A stretch of DNA of 64,000 bases from a virus. Its lineage: Duplodnaviria > Heunggongvirae > Uroviricota > Caudoviricetes. The notes under the pieces are model-generated. The model searched no databases. It was not told the origin of the DNA and saw only the letters and a list, made by a program, of their open reading frames with translations. Each line of letters begins with the position of its first letter. The first letter of the stretch is position 1. The stretch lies in IMG/VR virus record IMGVR_UViG_3300026549_001031, one strand, 5' to 3'. Of this stretch, positions 18,415 to 28,469 are shown one piece after another. The translations under genes were made by a program, and so were the position numbers.

Positions 18415-18888
18415 ATGAAAAGGACAGTTAAGAATAAGTTAGTTACAAAGATGGTTAGTACAATTGCATGCGCAGTTGTACTTTGCACAAGTTTAGTAGG
18501 GTGTGGACTTGAGGATGTATTTACAAGCAGTACAGAGAACACTGAAAGTACAGAAGCTGACTCTGTTACACTTGGGGAGTTACTCAAAGTTGGACAGAAC
18601 GAAACAAAAGAGTTTACTGTAGGTGCAGAGTATAAAGTACTAGACGTTAATTATGCAGGTGCAGACCATATATTTCTGATACTCGCACTGGAGGATGTAA
18701 AAGATTATACAAGAACAGCATACGAAAGAGAACTTGGCTTTAGTAAAAATGACTATCTGTATGAGAGTATAATCAAGGGAGATACAATCAAGTTTACAGA
18801 GAAAAGTGTAGAGATCATTAAGAGTGCTGATGATACAGAGGATAAGGAAACAGATCAGAAAGCAGAAAAGGTAGAACAGCAGAAATGA
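18415..18888 (+). CDS. putative lipoprotein (157 aa)
   Basis: Signal peptide with lipobox LVGC (VVLCTSLVGCGLED); upstream GGACAGTTAAAATG initiation motif; stop overlaps next start (ATGA). Confidence 0.6.
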   Translation: MKRTVKNKLVTKMVSTIACAVVLCTSLVGCGLEDVFTSSTENTESTEADSVTLGELLKVGQNETKEFTVGAEYKVLDVNYAGADHIFLILALEDVKDYTRTAYERELGFSKNDYLYESIIKGDTIKFTEKSVEIIKSADDTEDKETDQKAEKVEQQK

Positions 18889-19781
18889 AATTCAGTGCAG
18901 TGATAGGAAATCCTCCTTACAATAAAGGAATGGATATAGACTTTGCTATTTTAGGGTTTAACTTGACAAGTAAATATATGACACTGATTATTCCTGCTAA
19001 GTGGCAGACATCAGAAAGAGATGGACAAGCAATTAGCAGATATAACTATGGTCAGTTTAGAGACACACTGGTTAAGCATATGAGCACAGTGTGTTTTTAT
19101 CCTGAAAGCAGCAATGTGTTTAGAGCTGCACAGAGTGATGGTATTACATACTTCCTTATTGATAAGGAAAATACATTTAATAAGTGTAAGGTCATTAACA
19201 AATGTGATGAGCAGGCATTATTTAATAATGAATGTACAAGAGAAATAATTAAGCAACAAAGTCTGAATAATTTAGGACAAGAGATAATTGAGTATATGAT
19301 GCCTTATAAATCTTTTAAGTGGCCTAATTTTAATGGTGGGCACTATGAGGTTTGGACAGCTAGAAAGCTATTGACTAGTGGTAATGGTAGGACAATCATT
19401 AGAAAAGATGGCAATACACAGGTAACTCAAAAGGTATTCATATATGATAACTTTAATGGGCAAGGTAATAATACTGCAGACTCATGTCAGGTTTATGCAA
19501 GTGATGATAAATTAAAGTGTGAGTCATTATCAAGTTATTTGAACACTAAGTTTGTAAGATTTTTCGTTCTAATGAATATAAGTAAGCTTACAGGAGTGTG
19601 TACAGACTACTATTATAGATTTGTACCTGAACCTCCTAACAGTGATTATGGGTTTAATCATGTATGGACGGATGAGGATCTGTATGAATATTATGGTCTG
19701 AACAGAGAAGATGCTAAAACAGCAAATGGAATAAGATACAGAGACATTATTGAAACAGTTGTAAAAGACAGAGAAAATTAA
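18885..19781 (+). CDS. 'headless' TaqI-like gamma-class N6-adenine DNA methyltransferase paralog (starts at NPPY motif IV; has IIPAKWQT and YRFVPEPP...WTDEDLYEYY C-terminal TaqI_C-like region)
   Basis: MKFSAVIGNPPYNKGMDIDF at N-terminus; IIPAKWQT matches M.TaqI VPATW block; C-terminal RFVP matches M.TaqI RDFVP; about 50% identical to 44097 and 61846 paralogs. Confidence 0.75.
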   Translation: MKFSAVIGNPPYNKGMDIDFAILGFNLTSKYMTLIIPAKWQTSERDGQAISRYNYGQFRDTLVKHMSTVCFYPESSNVFRAAQSDGITYFLIDKENTFNKCKVINKCDEQALFNNECTREIIKQQSLNNLGQEIIEYMMPYKSFKWPNFNGGHYEVWTARKLLTSGNGRTIIRKDGNTQVTQKVFIYDNFNGQGNNTADSCQVYASDDKLKCESLSSYLNTKFVRFFVLMNISKLTGVCTDYYYRFVPEPPNSDYGFNHVWTDEDLYEYYGLNREDAKTANGIRYRDIIETVVKDREN

Positions 19782-19796
19782 GGAGGACAATAGATA

Positions 19797-20576
19797 ATGG
19801 ATGATTACTTTAACAGTAAGTATTACGCTGCAAATAAGTTAGGAGATAAATGCAGAAACTTGGTAAAGAGAAACATGCCAACAGAGTATATGTACAGTTC
19901 TAGCATATATGAAGGCTTTAAGACGTTTTATGATACATTTGATAGTGAGCTTACAGGTCTTGTACTTTGTCTTATGGACTCTGAAGATGTAAAGTATGAG
20001 AAAGAGATGCAGAGACTTGCATGCGAATATGCACTTAAAATGGCAGTGAGATACAGTATAGTTGCTTATGGACTTCCAGAGAATCCTTTTACCAGCACAA
20101 CACATGAGCATATGATAGAATCAGAATGCAAGGAATTAAATATGAAATACATTCCTTATGAAAAAGACAAAGAGGAAATATATAAGGAATTATTAGCAGG
20201 GTTAAACATGGATGAGAGAAAGCAGGCACTTTGGGCTTTATGCAAGGTATACTTTACTAAAGCAGTAAAAGACTTGGAGAAAGTTCACGTTTGCTGTAAT
20301 GTTAACTGGCAAACAGCAGTTTATTTTTATGAGCATGAGTTTAAGCCAGCAGACATTAAAATTGATGTAGACAACTGGGCTAAAATAGCATATTTAACAA
20401 CTTTGACAAATAAGTTGATTGATAAGTACATTGATACAGATAGAGATGTGCAGGTAAGTACAAAGCAGATGCTTGATAAAGCACACGAGCATGTTAACAA
20501 GTATATGGGTGAGTGTGGTATGGATTTTGGTTTCAAAGTTGTAGACATTGCCTTTACAGGAGTTCATCATAACTAA
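19797..20576 (+). CDS. hypothetical protein (259 aa)
   Basis: ORF with AAGGAGGACAATAGATA RBS. Confidence 0.55.
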   Translation: MDDYFNSKYYAANKLGDKCRNLVKRNMPTEYMYSSSIYEGFKTFYDTFDSELTGLVLCLMDSEDVKYEKEMQRLACEYALKMAVRYSIVAYGLPENPFTSTTHEHMIESECKELNMKYIPYEKDKEEIYKELLAGLNMDERKQALWALCKVYFTKAVKDLEKVHVCCNVNWQTAVYFYEHEFKPADIKIDVDNWAKIAYLTTLTNKLIDKYIDTDRDVQVSTKQMLDKAHEHVNKYMGECGMDFGFKVVDIAFTGVHHN

Positions 20577-21026
20577 AAAAATGGATATGCATTGACTGAT
20601 GAGCAGTATGAAAAAATAGATATGCAGTAGAAATAAATTCTACAAATTATAGAAATGTAAATCTTAAATGATAAATGAAAGGTTGAGGATATAAAAGATG
20701 ATAAACTAACGAAAATACAATACAGGACAGTTAAAATTGAAATCAACATGTGTTTTTAAGTGAGATTTGCATGGACTAAAAATTGGATGAGCAGTGGGGT
20801 TATTTTTGAGGTAGGCATTGTTCTAAAAATTATGTAGAAAATTTTGGTAAAACGAGAGAAAGGGAAAGAAAGTGGAAAAATGAAATCAGAATTTAACAAA
20901 AAGATAATTATGATTGCACAGAGGTAATCACCCGTATCATTAAGATTGCAGATAATAGCACTAAGGTACGATATGTTTATCAGTGGTATTAAGGAAGTCA
21001 GATAAAAGTAAATAATTAGCATAAAA

Positions 21027-21069
21027 TATAGACGTAATACACAGGATAGTTTAGCATATTACGTCTATA
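21027..21069. promoter_or_regulatory. 13-bp perfect inverted repeat (TATAGACGTAATA-N17-TATTACGTCTATA), candidate operator
   Basis: Arms 21027-21039 and 21057-21069 are exact reverse complements; sits 12 nt upstream of -35 of promoter at 21081-21109. Confidence 0.45.
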
Positions 21070-21080
21070 CTTTTAGGGTA

Positions 21081-21109
21081 TTGTATTAGTTATAGTTTTA
21101 TGATATAAT
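21081..21109 (+). promoter_or_regulatory. sigma-A type promoter TTGTAT-N17-TGaTATAAT
   Basis: TGATATAAT extended -10 at 21101-21109, then AAAGGAGGACAT RBS and ATG 21151. Confidence 0.5.
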
Positions 21110-21150
21110 AATTATAGATTGAAAAAGAGAAAAGGAGGACATCTTAAAGT

Positions 21151-22257
21151 ATGGGAATACTTAACGTTAAAAAAGAAACTGCTATGTCTAATATTAGTAA
21201 TAGACAGTACCATGTCGAAGTGGTTGATAGAGATAACAACCTTCTTGGTTGGGAAGTACATACTCCATTAGAAGAGGTACAGGGATACAATAAACTTATT
21301 AACCTGGCAAAATCACTTGGAGCGCATAGTGTAAGCGAGGATACAGATATCACATGGTTTATGCCTTTTGAGCATAATGATGAGAGACCTGTTGGAACAG
21401 ATGAGACAAAGAAAAGTTGTGTATCAGCATTCAGTAACAAAGAGGCAGCAGCTGAATACACCATTAAAAAGTGTATTTGCAACATGGTTAGTAGTTTTCT
21501 CAGGCTTCATGATGAAATGAAGTTTGACACTATTGTTGGATTTGATCGTGTACAGTATAAGAGAGGTACACTGTTCAATGAGGCAGAAGGGTATAAGATT
21601 TTCGCTAACAAAGATGGAAAATTCATGGTGGACAGTACAAGTAAGCTGGTAGCATTTGTAATGATCAGTTTAACAGACTGTGATAATGAAACACGTACAG
21701 TAAGAGTGGAACTTGACAGAAAGTCAAGGACAGGTAGTAAGATTCAGGCTGAGCGTAAGGTAAATATGTTTAACTCTGCTGATGGTGTAAATTACTATAC
21801 AAAAACAATGATCAGCCTGGCAGGTGCATTCTTTGGTAAAATGAGAGATGCATTGGATGGTTTTGACCTGCTTAATGGTGCAGTCATTACAGAAATGAAT
21901 GTGCGTCATGGAAAGACACTGGACGTTTCAAAACCTAAACTGTCAGACTTCAATGCAAGAGTGACAGTAATGGGTTACAATGATCATATCAAAGCAACAA
22001 AGATTGTCAAGGTTGTTAAGTTGACAGGCATTGATATATTGATTGCTGAGCCTGAAGAAAAGAGTTCAGACTATGTAGCTATGAAGGACAAGCTTATGGA
22101 TAAGCTTGGTGAGGCATATGATGAGAGAGTGACAGCAGGTGTGATTTGTGAGGAGTCTGGAAACTATGAGACAAAGTTAAGGAGCGTTAACAATGGTTCA
22201 GTAGTCCTGAGTGATTATGATACAGAGTTGTTTTCTCAGGTAACAGACATTTACTAA
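21151..22257 (+). CDS. hypothetical protein (368 aa)
   Basis: ORF with AAAGGAGGACATC RBS behind promoter. Confidence 0.55.
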   Translation: MGILNVKKETAMSNISNRQYHVEVVDRDNNLLGWEVHTPLEEVQGYNKLINLAKSLGAHSVSEDTDITWFMPFEHNDERPVGTDETKKSCVSAFSNKEAAAEYTIKKCICNMVSSFLRLHDEMKFDTIVGFDRVQYKRGTLFNEAEGYKIFANKDGKFMVDSTSKLVAFVMISLTDCDNETRTVRVELDRKSRTGSKIQAERKVNMFNSADGVNYYTKTMISLAGAFFGKMRDALDGFDLLNGAVITEMNVRHGKTLDVSKPKLSDFNARVTVMGYNDHIKATKIVKVVKLTGIDILIAEPEEKSSDYVAMKDKLMDKLGEAYDERVTAGVICEESGNYETKLRSVNNGSVVLSDYDTELFSQVTDIY

Positions 22258-22291
22258 CAGAGAAACTGCATGAGAGGAGGTGGGATTAGAC

Positions 22292-22522
22292 ATGCAGGAT
22301 TTAATGTTTAACTATTCAACAGAGGATGGTGAACGTGAAACAAAAGAGTACAGTACAATCATGGACTTCCTTGACGACGTTGAGAGCGGTGCAATGGATG
22401 ATGTACTTGAGTGTGATGATGTTAATGCAGAGTTCTTTGAGAACGAACTTAACACTAAACACTTTGATACAGTGAATGATCTTTACACACATTGTTGTAA
22501 GATTGTTGGACAGGAAGATTAA
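22292..22522 (+). CDS. small acidic hypothetical protein (76 aa)
   Basis: ATG 22292 after GAGAGGAGG; track start 22280 is GTG abutting RBS. Confidence 0.45.
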   Translation: MQDLMFNYSTEDGERETKEYSTIMDFLDDVESGAMDDVLECDDVNAEFFENELNTKHFDTVNDLYTHCCKIVGQED

Positions 22523-22582
22523 AAGCAGTTAGACAAAAATTGTTTAACATAGGACAGTTAAAGTAGAGAGGACATAGTGGAA

Positions 22583-23797
22583 ATGGGAAGTACCAGACAG
22601 AGTGATACATATAAAGGTGTAGTAAGGGTCATTGATGAGTTGTCAGGAGACAAACTTTGTGTGGCAACAGTCAATAATAAAGGTTACCTTAATTATGTAA
22701 AGGGCAGTAAGGACAGTAGAGCAGGTGCTTTTACTATTTATGTGAAGGACAAGGAGACTTGCAAGGCAGACTGTGATATCTTAAAACACAATTTGATTAA
22801 CTATTTAAGACATAAGAGTTATGATACTGACATTGATACACATGGAGAGTCAATATTCAGTTTAATCAATAACAATGATCAGTCATGTGTACTTATTGAC
22901 CCGAAAGAGTCATTATTCTACAGACTTATTGTTTGTGAAAACAAATCATCTGTGGAACATACATCTACAATGGAGGCTGAATTTGGGAAGGATACAATAA
23001 GGTTCGGATTAAGAACACCTGCAAATGTTGTAGGTAGTATTGTACCTGATGAATCAGCACCAAATCACAAAGACATGTATCGTTATGTGTCTAACATGAT
23101 TAATTTTGTTGATCTTGGTATTGTATGCAATCAGAGTAAGGGATCAAATACAATGAGTGGTAAGTTACAGTTTAGATATCATGGAAAGAGCAATGATGAT
23201 TGTATCGGGAACATTCCTGAGTTTACAAGGAATACAACCTTCATGTGGGCGTCGTCTAAAGATTTTGAGAAGGCATATACTTGGTTGGACTCAACAATTG
23301 ATGAGTTATGGAAGCATATTATCACATCAGTAAGTCTTGTACTTGAGCTCGACCGCATTTCAATTAAGCCTGATGAGAATATGGCAGACATCTGTGTTAT
23401 TACAGATACACGATTGAATAGATCACTAAACATGAAGGTTGCTGTATTAGCAAGTATGATCGAGCATGGATTAAGAGTGGACTTAAGTCATACAGAGAAA
23501 AAGTGTGGTACAGCTGGAAATAAATCTTTACAGGATAACAGATTCAATGACATCATGGATGAGTTAAAGAAGCTATCTAATCAGCAGAATGGTTCTGAAG
23601 AGAGCTTTCGTGTTGAAAAGGTGGATTCATATAAAGCAGATGTAACAGACATATATAGTGTAGATGTGGCGCTTGATTCAAATTGGAAAAGCTGTCTTAT
23701 TCATGGCGTTAACAATAACATCACAGATAGATTCTATAAGGGAGATTTAGAGATGCTTAAGAAATATGGTAATCTCAACATTGAGTATGTAGATTAA
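22583..23797 (+). CDS. hypothetical protein (404 aa)
   Basis: ATG 22583 after AGAGAGGACATAG; track start is GTG. Confidence 0.55.
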   Translation: MGSTRQSDTYKGVVRVIDELSGDKLCVATVNNKGYLNYVKGSKDSRAGAFTIYVKDKETCKADCDILKHNLINYLRHKSYDTDIDTHGESIFSLINNNDQSCVLIDPKESLFYRLIVCENKSSVEHTSTMEAEFGKDTIRFGLRTPANVVGSIVPDESAPNHKDMYRYVSNMINFVDLGIVCNQSKGSNTMSGKLQFRYHGKSNDDCIGNIPEFTRNTTFMWASSKDFEKAYTWLDSTIDELWKHIITSVSLVLELDRISIKPDENMADICVITDTRLNRSLNMKVAVLASMIEHGLRVDLSHTEKKCGTAGNKSLQDNRFNDIMDELKKLSNQQNGSEESFRVEKVDSYKADVTDIYSVDVALDSNWKSCLIHGVNNNITDRFYKGDLEMLKKYGNLNIEYVD

Positions 23798-23820
23798 TCA
23801 AAGGAAATTGGAGGCAAGAC

Positions 23821-24882
23821 ATGGAGTTATTAGGAGTGTTTGATGATATCAACAAAAGAGACAGCAAGGTTGGTAAGTACAGACTTCTTGTTTGTGATGA
23901 GACAGATGGAAAAGGTGTATATAGAATTGTAGAGAAAAATGAGTTAGAAGAGGAACTTGGAACAACCATTAGGACTACAGCTATTGGACTTAATCATTTT
24001 GTGTCATACAAGCATATGGTAACAGCTGGACTCATGCTTCAGATGTATAAGCGCTTGAAAGAGGGATTTCCTGCTCTTGCCTTTGATTACATCTGCAACA
24101 TCTGCAACAATGTAGAATCTGATGGCACTATAACATGTAGTGTATACAGTAAACCTGTAATGACACTACGTGAGGCAAAGTGGTTTGAACATAGTGAAAG
24201 AGATATGTCAATTAGTGATAATGTCAAGCTCATTTTTGGCATTACATTATCTTTCACAGACACTAAAGTGGAATATGAGATCAGCCTTCTTGAAAAGAAA
24301 GGACTCACAGTTTATACCACATATACAGGTAAGAAAATTGCATTTGCAGGTACAATTGATGAGGGGACAGACTTTGATTCTGCTAAGTTCATTGCAGCAA
24401 ATGCAGTGCATAGTTTTTTGATGCTTATGAAAAATCAGTTAAACTGTGAGTTGGATCATCCTGTAGTGATGTTATCATTGGAGAACTTTGAGGAATACCT
24501 GTATACTGGAGTACCTGAACTTCTGAAAGTGGACTCACAGACACTGTTTAGACTGATCACCCTTGGTTTAAAAGTGAAATGTGATCAGGGTGTTGCATCT
24601 CCTATTTTGGCAAATGCATACAGAATTCCTGACATGTTCAGGGCAAGAAATAATGTGTGCATTAAGAGAGATGGAACTGCAACTATTTATGATGATTGTT
24701 GCAGTGTATCAATGGACAAGAAAGCAATGATTAAGTTAATCAGGGCAAATGGGTTTGGAGACAGCATTACAGAGTTAAGACAGCAGCAGAAAAGCTATGA
24801 TGAGCAAGAGGAAGTTAGGGTGTCTGCTGAGAATATTAGAAATGTGTTTGACAGAAGGCAGCTTAGGGCACTTGACTTCTAG
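23821..24882 (+). CDS. hypothetical protein (353 aa)
   Basis: ORF with GGAGGCAAGAC RBS. Confidence 0.55.
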   Translation: MELLGVFDDINKRDSKVGKYRLLVCDETDGKGVYRIVEKNELEEELGTTIRTTAIGLNHFVSYKHMVTAGLMLQMYKRLKEGFPALAFDYICNICNNVESDGTITCSVYSKPVMTLREAKWFEHSERDMSISDNVKLIFGITLSFTDTKVEYEISLLEKKGLTVYTTYTGKKIAFAGTIDEGTDFDSAKFIAANAVHSFLMLMKNQLNCELDHPVVMLSLENFEEYLYTGVPELLKVDSQTLFRLITLGLKVKCDQGVASPILANAYRIPDMFRARNNVCIKRDGTATIYDDCCSVSMDKKAMIKLIRANGFGDSITELRQQQKSYDEQEEVRVSAENIRNVFDRRQLRALDF

Positions 24883-24888
24883 AAAGGC

Positions 24889-25098
24889 ATGGTTAAAAAT
24901 ATGGCAACATTAAGAGTAATGGTGATACTCATTCTCATAGGTTGTTTGATTGTAAGTGGTGTGATTGCACTATTGGTTAAGAAACCTGTCATTTTAATAA
25001 TTGGTTTAGTCACTGGTATATGTTTAGGTGGCTTTACAATACAGATGGCAGGCATACTTGATCCTCAATTAAGCACTGAAATAGAGAATAGCTCATAA
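24889..25098 (+). CDS. small membrane protein (69 aa, 2 TM)
   Basis: Hydrophobic helices VMVILILIGCLIVSGVIALLV and VILIIGLVTGICLGGFTI. Confidence 0.45.
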   Translation: MVKNMATLRVMVILILIGCLIVSGVIALLVKKPVILIIGLVTGICLGGFTIQMAGILDPQLSTEIENSS

Positions 25099-25212
25099 TA
25101 AAAAATAAAATGTTTCGAGATGAGCAAGGATGATACGAAGATGTACATTATCAAGAAAGGGCTTACAGAGACAAAAGCAACTTAACATAGCAAAGAAGGA
25201 GCTTAACATCAA

Positions 25213-25518
25213 ATGAATGAGTTTCTTATATTGATTGGTACAGTAGTCATACAGATTTTTGGTGTTTTAATTGTATTGTGTACATTGACTTGGTTGATGT
25301 ACACAAAGAAAAAGATACCTAACATTGCTAGGATATGTTTAGCAATATTTGTAACATTTTCAATGTATATAATCATGGGAAAAATAGTAAATAGGAGGTG
25401 CCTAATGAAAGATATAGCACTAGGAATTTTTGTTATTGCACTGGTTTCAATTAATATTGGTATTGGATTCATGGTGCTTAACAATAAAAAAGATGATGAC
25501 AAGCATGGAGAAAAATAA
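25213..25518 (+). CDS. small membrane protein (101 aa, 3 TM)
   Basis: AAGAAGGAGC RBS; three hydrophobic helices. Confidence 0.5.
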   Translation: MNEFLILIGTVVIQIFGVLIVLCTLTWLMYTKKKIPNIARICLAIFVTFSMYIIMGKIVNRRCLMKDIALGIFVIALVSINIGIGFMVLNNKKDDDKHGEK

Positions 25519-25520
25519 TT

Positions 25521-25566
25521 ACTAAACGAGAGTGCTGATGCAGTAGTATCAGCACTCTCGTTTAGT
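25521..25566. terminator. 19-bp perfect-stem hairpin (ACTAAACGAGAGTGCTGAT-8 nt loop-ATCAGCACTCTCGTTTAGT); terminator or other structured site
   Basis: Exact reverse-complement arms 25521-25539 / 25548-25566 starting 3 nt after stop of 25213 gene; followed by AT-rich promoter-like spacer; no clean U-tract. Confidence 0.5.
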
Positions 25567-25660
25567 TTATGCAGATAGATGGGCATGTTTATGGGCTTAT
25601 AAATTATAAAAAGAGTATTTTAATAATTTTAATTTTTAGACTAGAAAGTGGTGTGGAGCA

Positions 25661-26266
25661 GTGGATAAGAAGGAACTAAACATTAAAAAGCTCGAAGAGT
25701 TTCGTAAACAAATGTCAGGTATTCAAGGAAAGTTAAAACGCAGAACAAATAGAGTGCTAGGCATAAGAGATATGGATAAAGACGTTATATTAAATGGTGT
25801 AATGAACATTGTAGCTGGAACAATAATCATAACAATACTCATAATTGGAGTATTATTTACAGGTGGTAAAATTTCAGGAGACCCTGTAGGGATATTGATG
25901 TTAGTCTGTACCATCTTGCTAGCTTTAGTATTTATGATAATTATACCATCAGCTAGTTTAGCTGTTGCATTTCATAATAGAAAGGTACTTAAGAAGGATA
26001 TTAAGAGGTTTGAGAGTGAGATAATCAGGGCATATGAGGAATCAAATAAAGCATTGAAATTAAATGAGGTACGTGATGAAGTGATAGCTGGTGCAATTGA
26101 AGCATTACAGTCATTTGGATTAGAGGACATCGAGGATGCTATGAAATACTATTATAATAGTATTGAGAGGTTAGGAAATAAAGAGTTCAATACAATATTA
26201 AAGATTGACTCAACAATGGTATATAAAGGAGACATAGATAAATTTGCATATAATGTAGAGGAATGA
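25661..26266 (+). CDS. membrane protein (201 aa; start uncertain, GTG 25661 or ATG 25709)
   Basis: Two long hydrophobic helices (aa 50-75 and 85-110), C-terminal amphipathic region. Confidence 0.45.
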   Translation: MDKKELNIKKLEEFRKQMSGIQGKLKRRTNRVLGIRDMDKDVILNGVMNIVAGTIIITILIIGVLFTGGKISGDPVGILMLVCTILLALVFMIIIPSASLAVAFHNRKVLKKDIKRFESEIIRAYEESNKALKLNEVRDEVIAGAIEALQSFGLEDIEDAMKYYYNSIERLGNKEFNTILKIDSTMVYKGDIDKFAYNVEE

Positions 26267-26270
26267 GTTC

Positions 26271-26588
26271 ATGGAATATAGTTTAGATCAGAGTATTAGT
26301 ATTATAGTACAGAAGTTAAGCTTGGCATCTAGCAAGGTGGATCAAGATAGTCATACAGAAGTAATTGGTAAGACTTCAGCCTTTACATTAGAGACACTAG
26401 ATGAATTGTTTGACAGTTTAAGTGAGGTTTGCAGACATAACTTATATTTTGAGGCGAACAGAAAATTGTATTTTGACATTATTGAGTTTATTAGAGAGCA
26501 ATGTAAAAGAGAGGATGTCAGGTATACAGTTAAGAAATACTTAATCAATTCATTGATTAAGCTCATATGTGAAATAGGAGAGCATTAA
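26271..26588 (+). CDS. hypothetical protein (105 aa)
   Basis: ORF 4 nt after upstream stop. Confidence 0.45.
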   Translation: MEYSLDQSISIIVQKLSLASSKVDQDSHTEVIGKTSAFTLETLDELFDSLSEVCRHNLYFEANRKLYFDIIEFIREQCKREDVRYTVKKYLINSLIKLICEIGEH

Positions 26589-26698
26589 ATACTATTAAAT
26601 TTTAATTGAAACAAAATGGACACATGTTATAAAAGAAAGCTAAACATGGAGAATAATCAATAGTCATAAAACAAATAAAAAGAAAATGAGGGGCAAAA

Positions 26699-27277
26699 AT
26701 GGAACAGGACATTGAAAAACAGGTAGACAAGCAAAAAGAGTTAATTATAGTCTTTGAAGTTCAAATGGATGGACTAGATGAAAAAATGGCAGACTTCTAC
26801 AATAAAGCAAAAGATGCATATAAACGTGGAATCAGGTTAGTAAAAGATATGGTTAGGACATTGGTAGTAATGGCAGTTGCAGTGATATTATCACTGCTGT
26901 GCAATGCAGTAATACATAAGGAGTTTATTAACTTTGTTGGATTTGTGATATGTATATGCATATGTCTTTTGTGTTTGGCACGGATGGTGTTTATAGTATC
27001 AGGTTTAAGTAAAGCAGGTAAGCAACTCGATACCATGGTTGGAGAGATGATTGACATTGATAACCTGATGTTAAAACACTACAGAGAAAGTAATCAATCA
27101 ATGAGTTATGTGATGTACAGAGCAGGAAAGATTGAGGACTTAAAGAAATTATTAGACACTAATAAATATGCATTTATAAAATATGCTGAGCAGGAGATAC
27201 AGTCAAAGGGCTTTGATGATCCTATGTCACACATAAGTGAAGAAAATGGACATAAAACATTTAACAGCATAGCATAG
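26699..27277 (+). CDS. membrane protein (192 aa, 2 TM)
   Basis: GAGGGGCAAAA RBS; helices LVVMAVAVILSLLCNAVI and FVGFVICICICLLCLARMVFIV. Confidence 0.5.
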   Translation: MEQDIEKQVDKQKELIIVFEVQMDGLDEKMADFYNKAKDAYKRGIRLVKDMVRTLVVMAVAVILSLLCNAVIHKEFINFVGFVICICICLLCLARMVFIVSGLSKAGKQLDTMVGEMIDIDNLMLKHYRESNQSMSYVMYRAGKIEDLKKLLDTNKYAFIKYAEQEIQSKGFDDPMSHISEENGHKTFNSIA

Positions 27278-27347
27278 AGAAATAAAAACACAACATTAAA
27301 ATTAAAGTTGGTTTAACACATAAAATTAAAGGAGGACACAGGAAGAT

Positions 27348-27956
27348 ATGGAGATTGGTATTGAATCATCAGATACAAATGTAATGGCACAGTTAATTTA
27401 CATTAACAAATTTCTGAAAAGCATAGAAGCATCTGATGAAGCAATTAAGAAATATAAAGACAATATGGCAATTACATTAAAAGTGAGTGAGGAACTTGAG
27501 GCTTTTAGGAGTAATTGGAGTAATATTGGATGGAGAACATTGTTATTTGCAATTTATACATTGGGAATGAGTATTATTACAAATAGATTGTTTGGTGGTT
27601 TAATTGGAGTGATAGTTGCAGTAATAACTTGGGTCACTGCACTGATAATTTTGTGGTTGGTGCTTACAATCACAGAAAGTAACTATAAGAAGAAAGCAAA
27701 TGAAGCATTTAACAATATGAGGGATGCAGTGAATAAGGTTTATAATGGCACAGGAGCAATAATTGGTACAAAGAGAGTATTGTTAGATGCAGTATTAAAT
27801 AACGAGTTAGACTTAATAATTGAGAGATTAAGAAATAAAGAATTTGATACAGTAGCAGAGGCATGTGAATGGTATAATCTAGCATATAGACCTAAAGTTA
27901 ATTGGACATGGAGAAAATTGAGGCAGGACAGTATTAGTAAAAGAAGTACAATTTAA
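27348..27956 (+). CDS. membrane protein (202 aa, 2 TM)
   Basis: AAGGAGGACACAGG RBS; helices TLLFAIYTLGMSIIT and GVIVAVITWVTALIILWLVLTI. Confidence 0.5.
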   Translation: MEIGIESSDTNVMAQLIYINKFLKSIEASDEAIKKYKDNMAITLKVSEELEAFRSNWSNIGWRTLLFAIYTLGMSIITNRLFGGLIGVIVAVITWVTALIILWLVLTITESNYKKKANEAFNNMRDAVNKVYNGTGAIIGTKRVLLDAVLNNELDLIIERLRNKEFDTVAEACEWYNLAYRPKVNWTWRKLRQDSISKRSTI

Positions 27957-27973
27957 TAGCAAAGGAAAGAGAA

Positions 27974-28411
27974 ATGGAAGAGATTAAAGACATGGAAGTA
28001 AATGAAAACAGCATAGAGGTTAAAAGTGAAGAAATGGATGAGACACCTAAACATGAGGAGATTGACTTAGAGAATAAAACGACAGAGCAGTTACAGAGTG
28101 AGAATGAGCAGTTAAGAAAAGATTCACAGCAGAAAGATAAACAGATTGCAGAGTTGAGAAATTTACACAGGCAATTAGATAAAGAGATGGAACTTGATAA
28201 GAAAGCAAGGGAACTTAGTGAGAAATGGTTAATAACTTCGCTGTTTATTTTAATACCTTCAGTATTTCTGTTAAGTACATTGTTAAAAAGTTGGATCATT
28301 GGAGTATTAGGGTACTTAATCATTGGTTGTTTTATCTTCACATCAAACAGTTTAGCATATAAGCATTTAGAGAAAAAAGAATGCAGAGAGAATAGAAAAG
28401 ACAAAGCATAA
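27974..28411 (+). CDS. coiled-coil + C-terminal TM protein (145 aa)
   Basis: Gln/Glu/Lys-rich heptad region then LITSLFILIPSVFLLSTLL and IIGVLGYLIIGCFIF helices. Confidence 0.5.
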   Translation: MEEIKDMEVNENSIEVKSEEMDETPKHEEIDLENKTTEQLQSENEQLRKDSQQKDKQIAELRNLHRQLDKEMELDKKARELSEKWLITSLFILIPSVFLLSTLLKSWIIGVLGYLIIGCFIFTSNSLAYKHLEKKECRENRKDKA

Positions 28412-28469
28412 GGGAAAGAGGAACAGCATGGGAAAATTATAAAATTTAACATAGGGAGGAAAGAGGGGT

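Noticed and set aside
1507-24421. Plus-strand internal ORFs 1507-1725, 7920-8114, 16637-16831, 24170-24421
   Set aside because: Each is an alternative frame inside a longer confident gene. No RBS is present.
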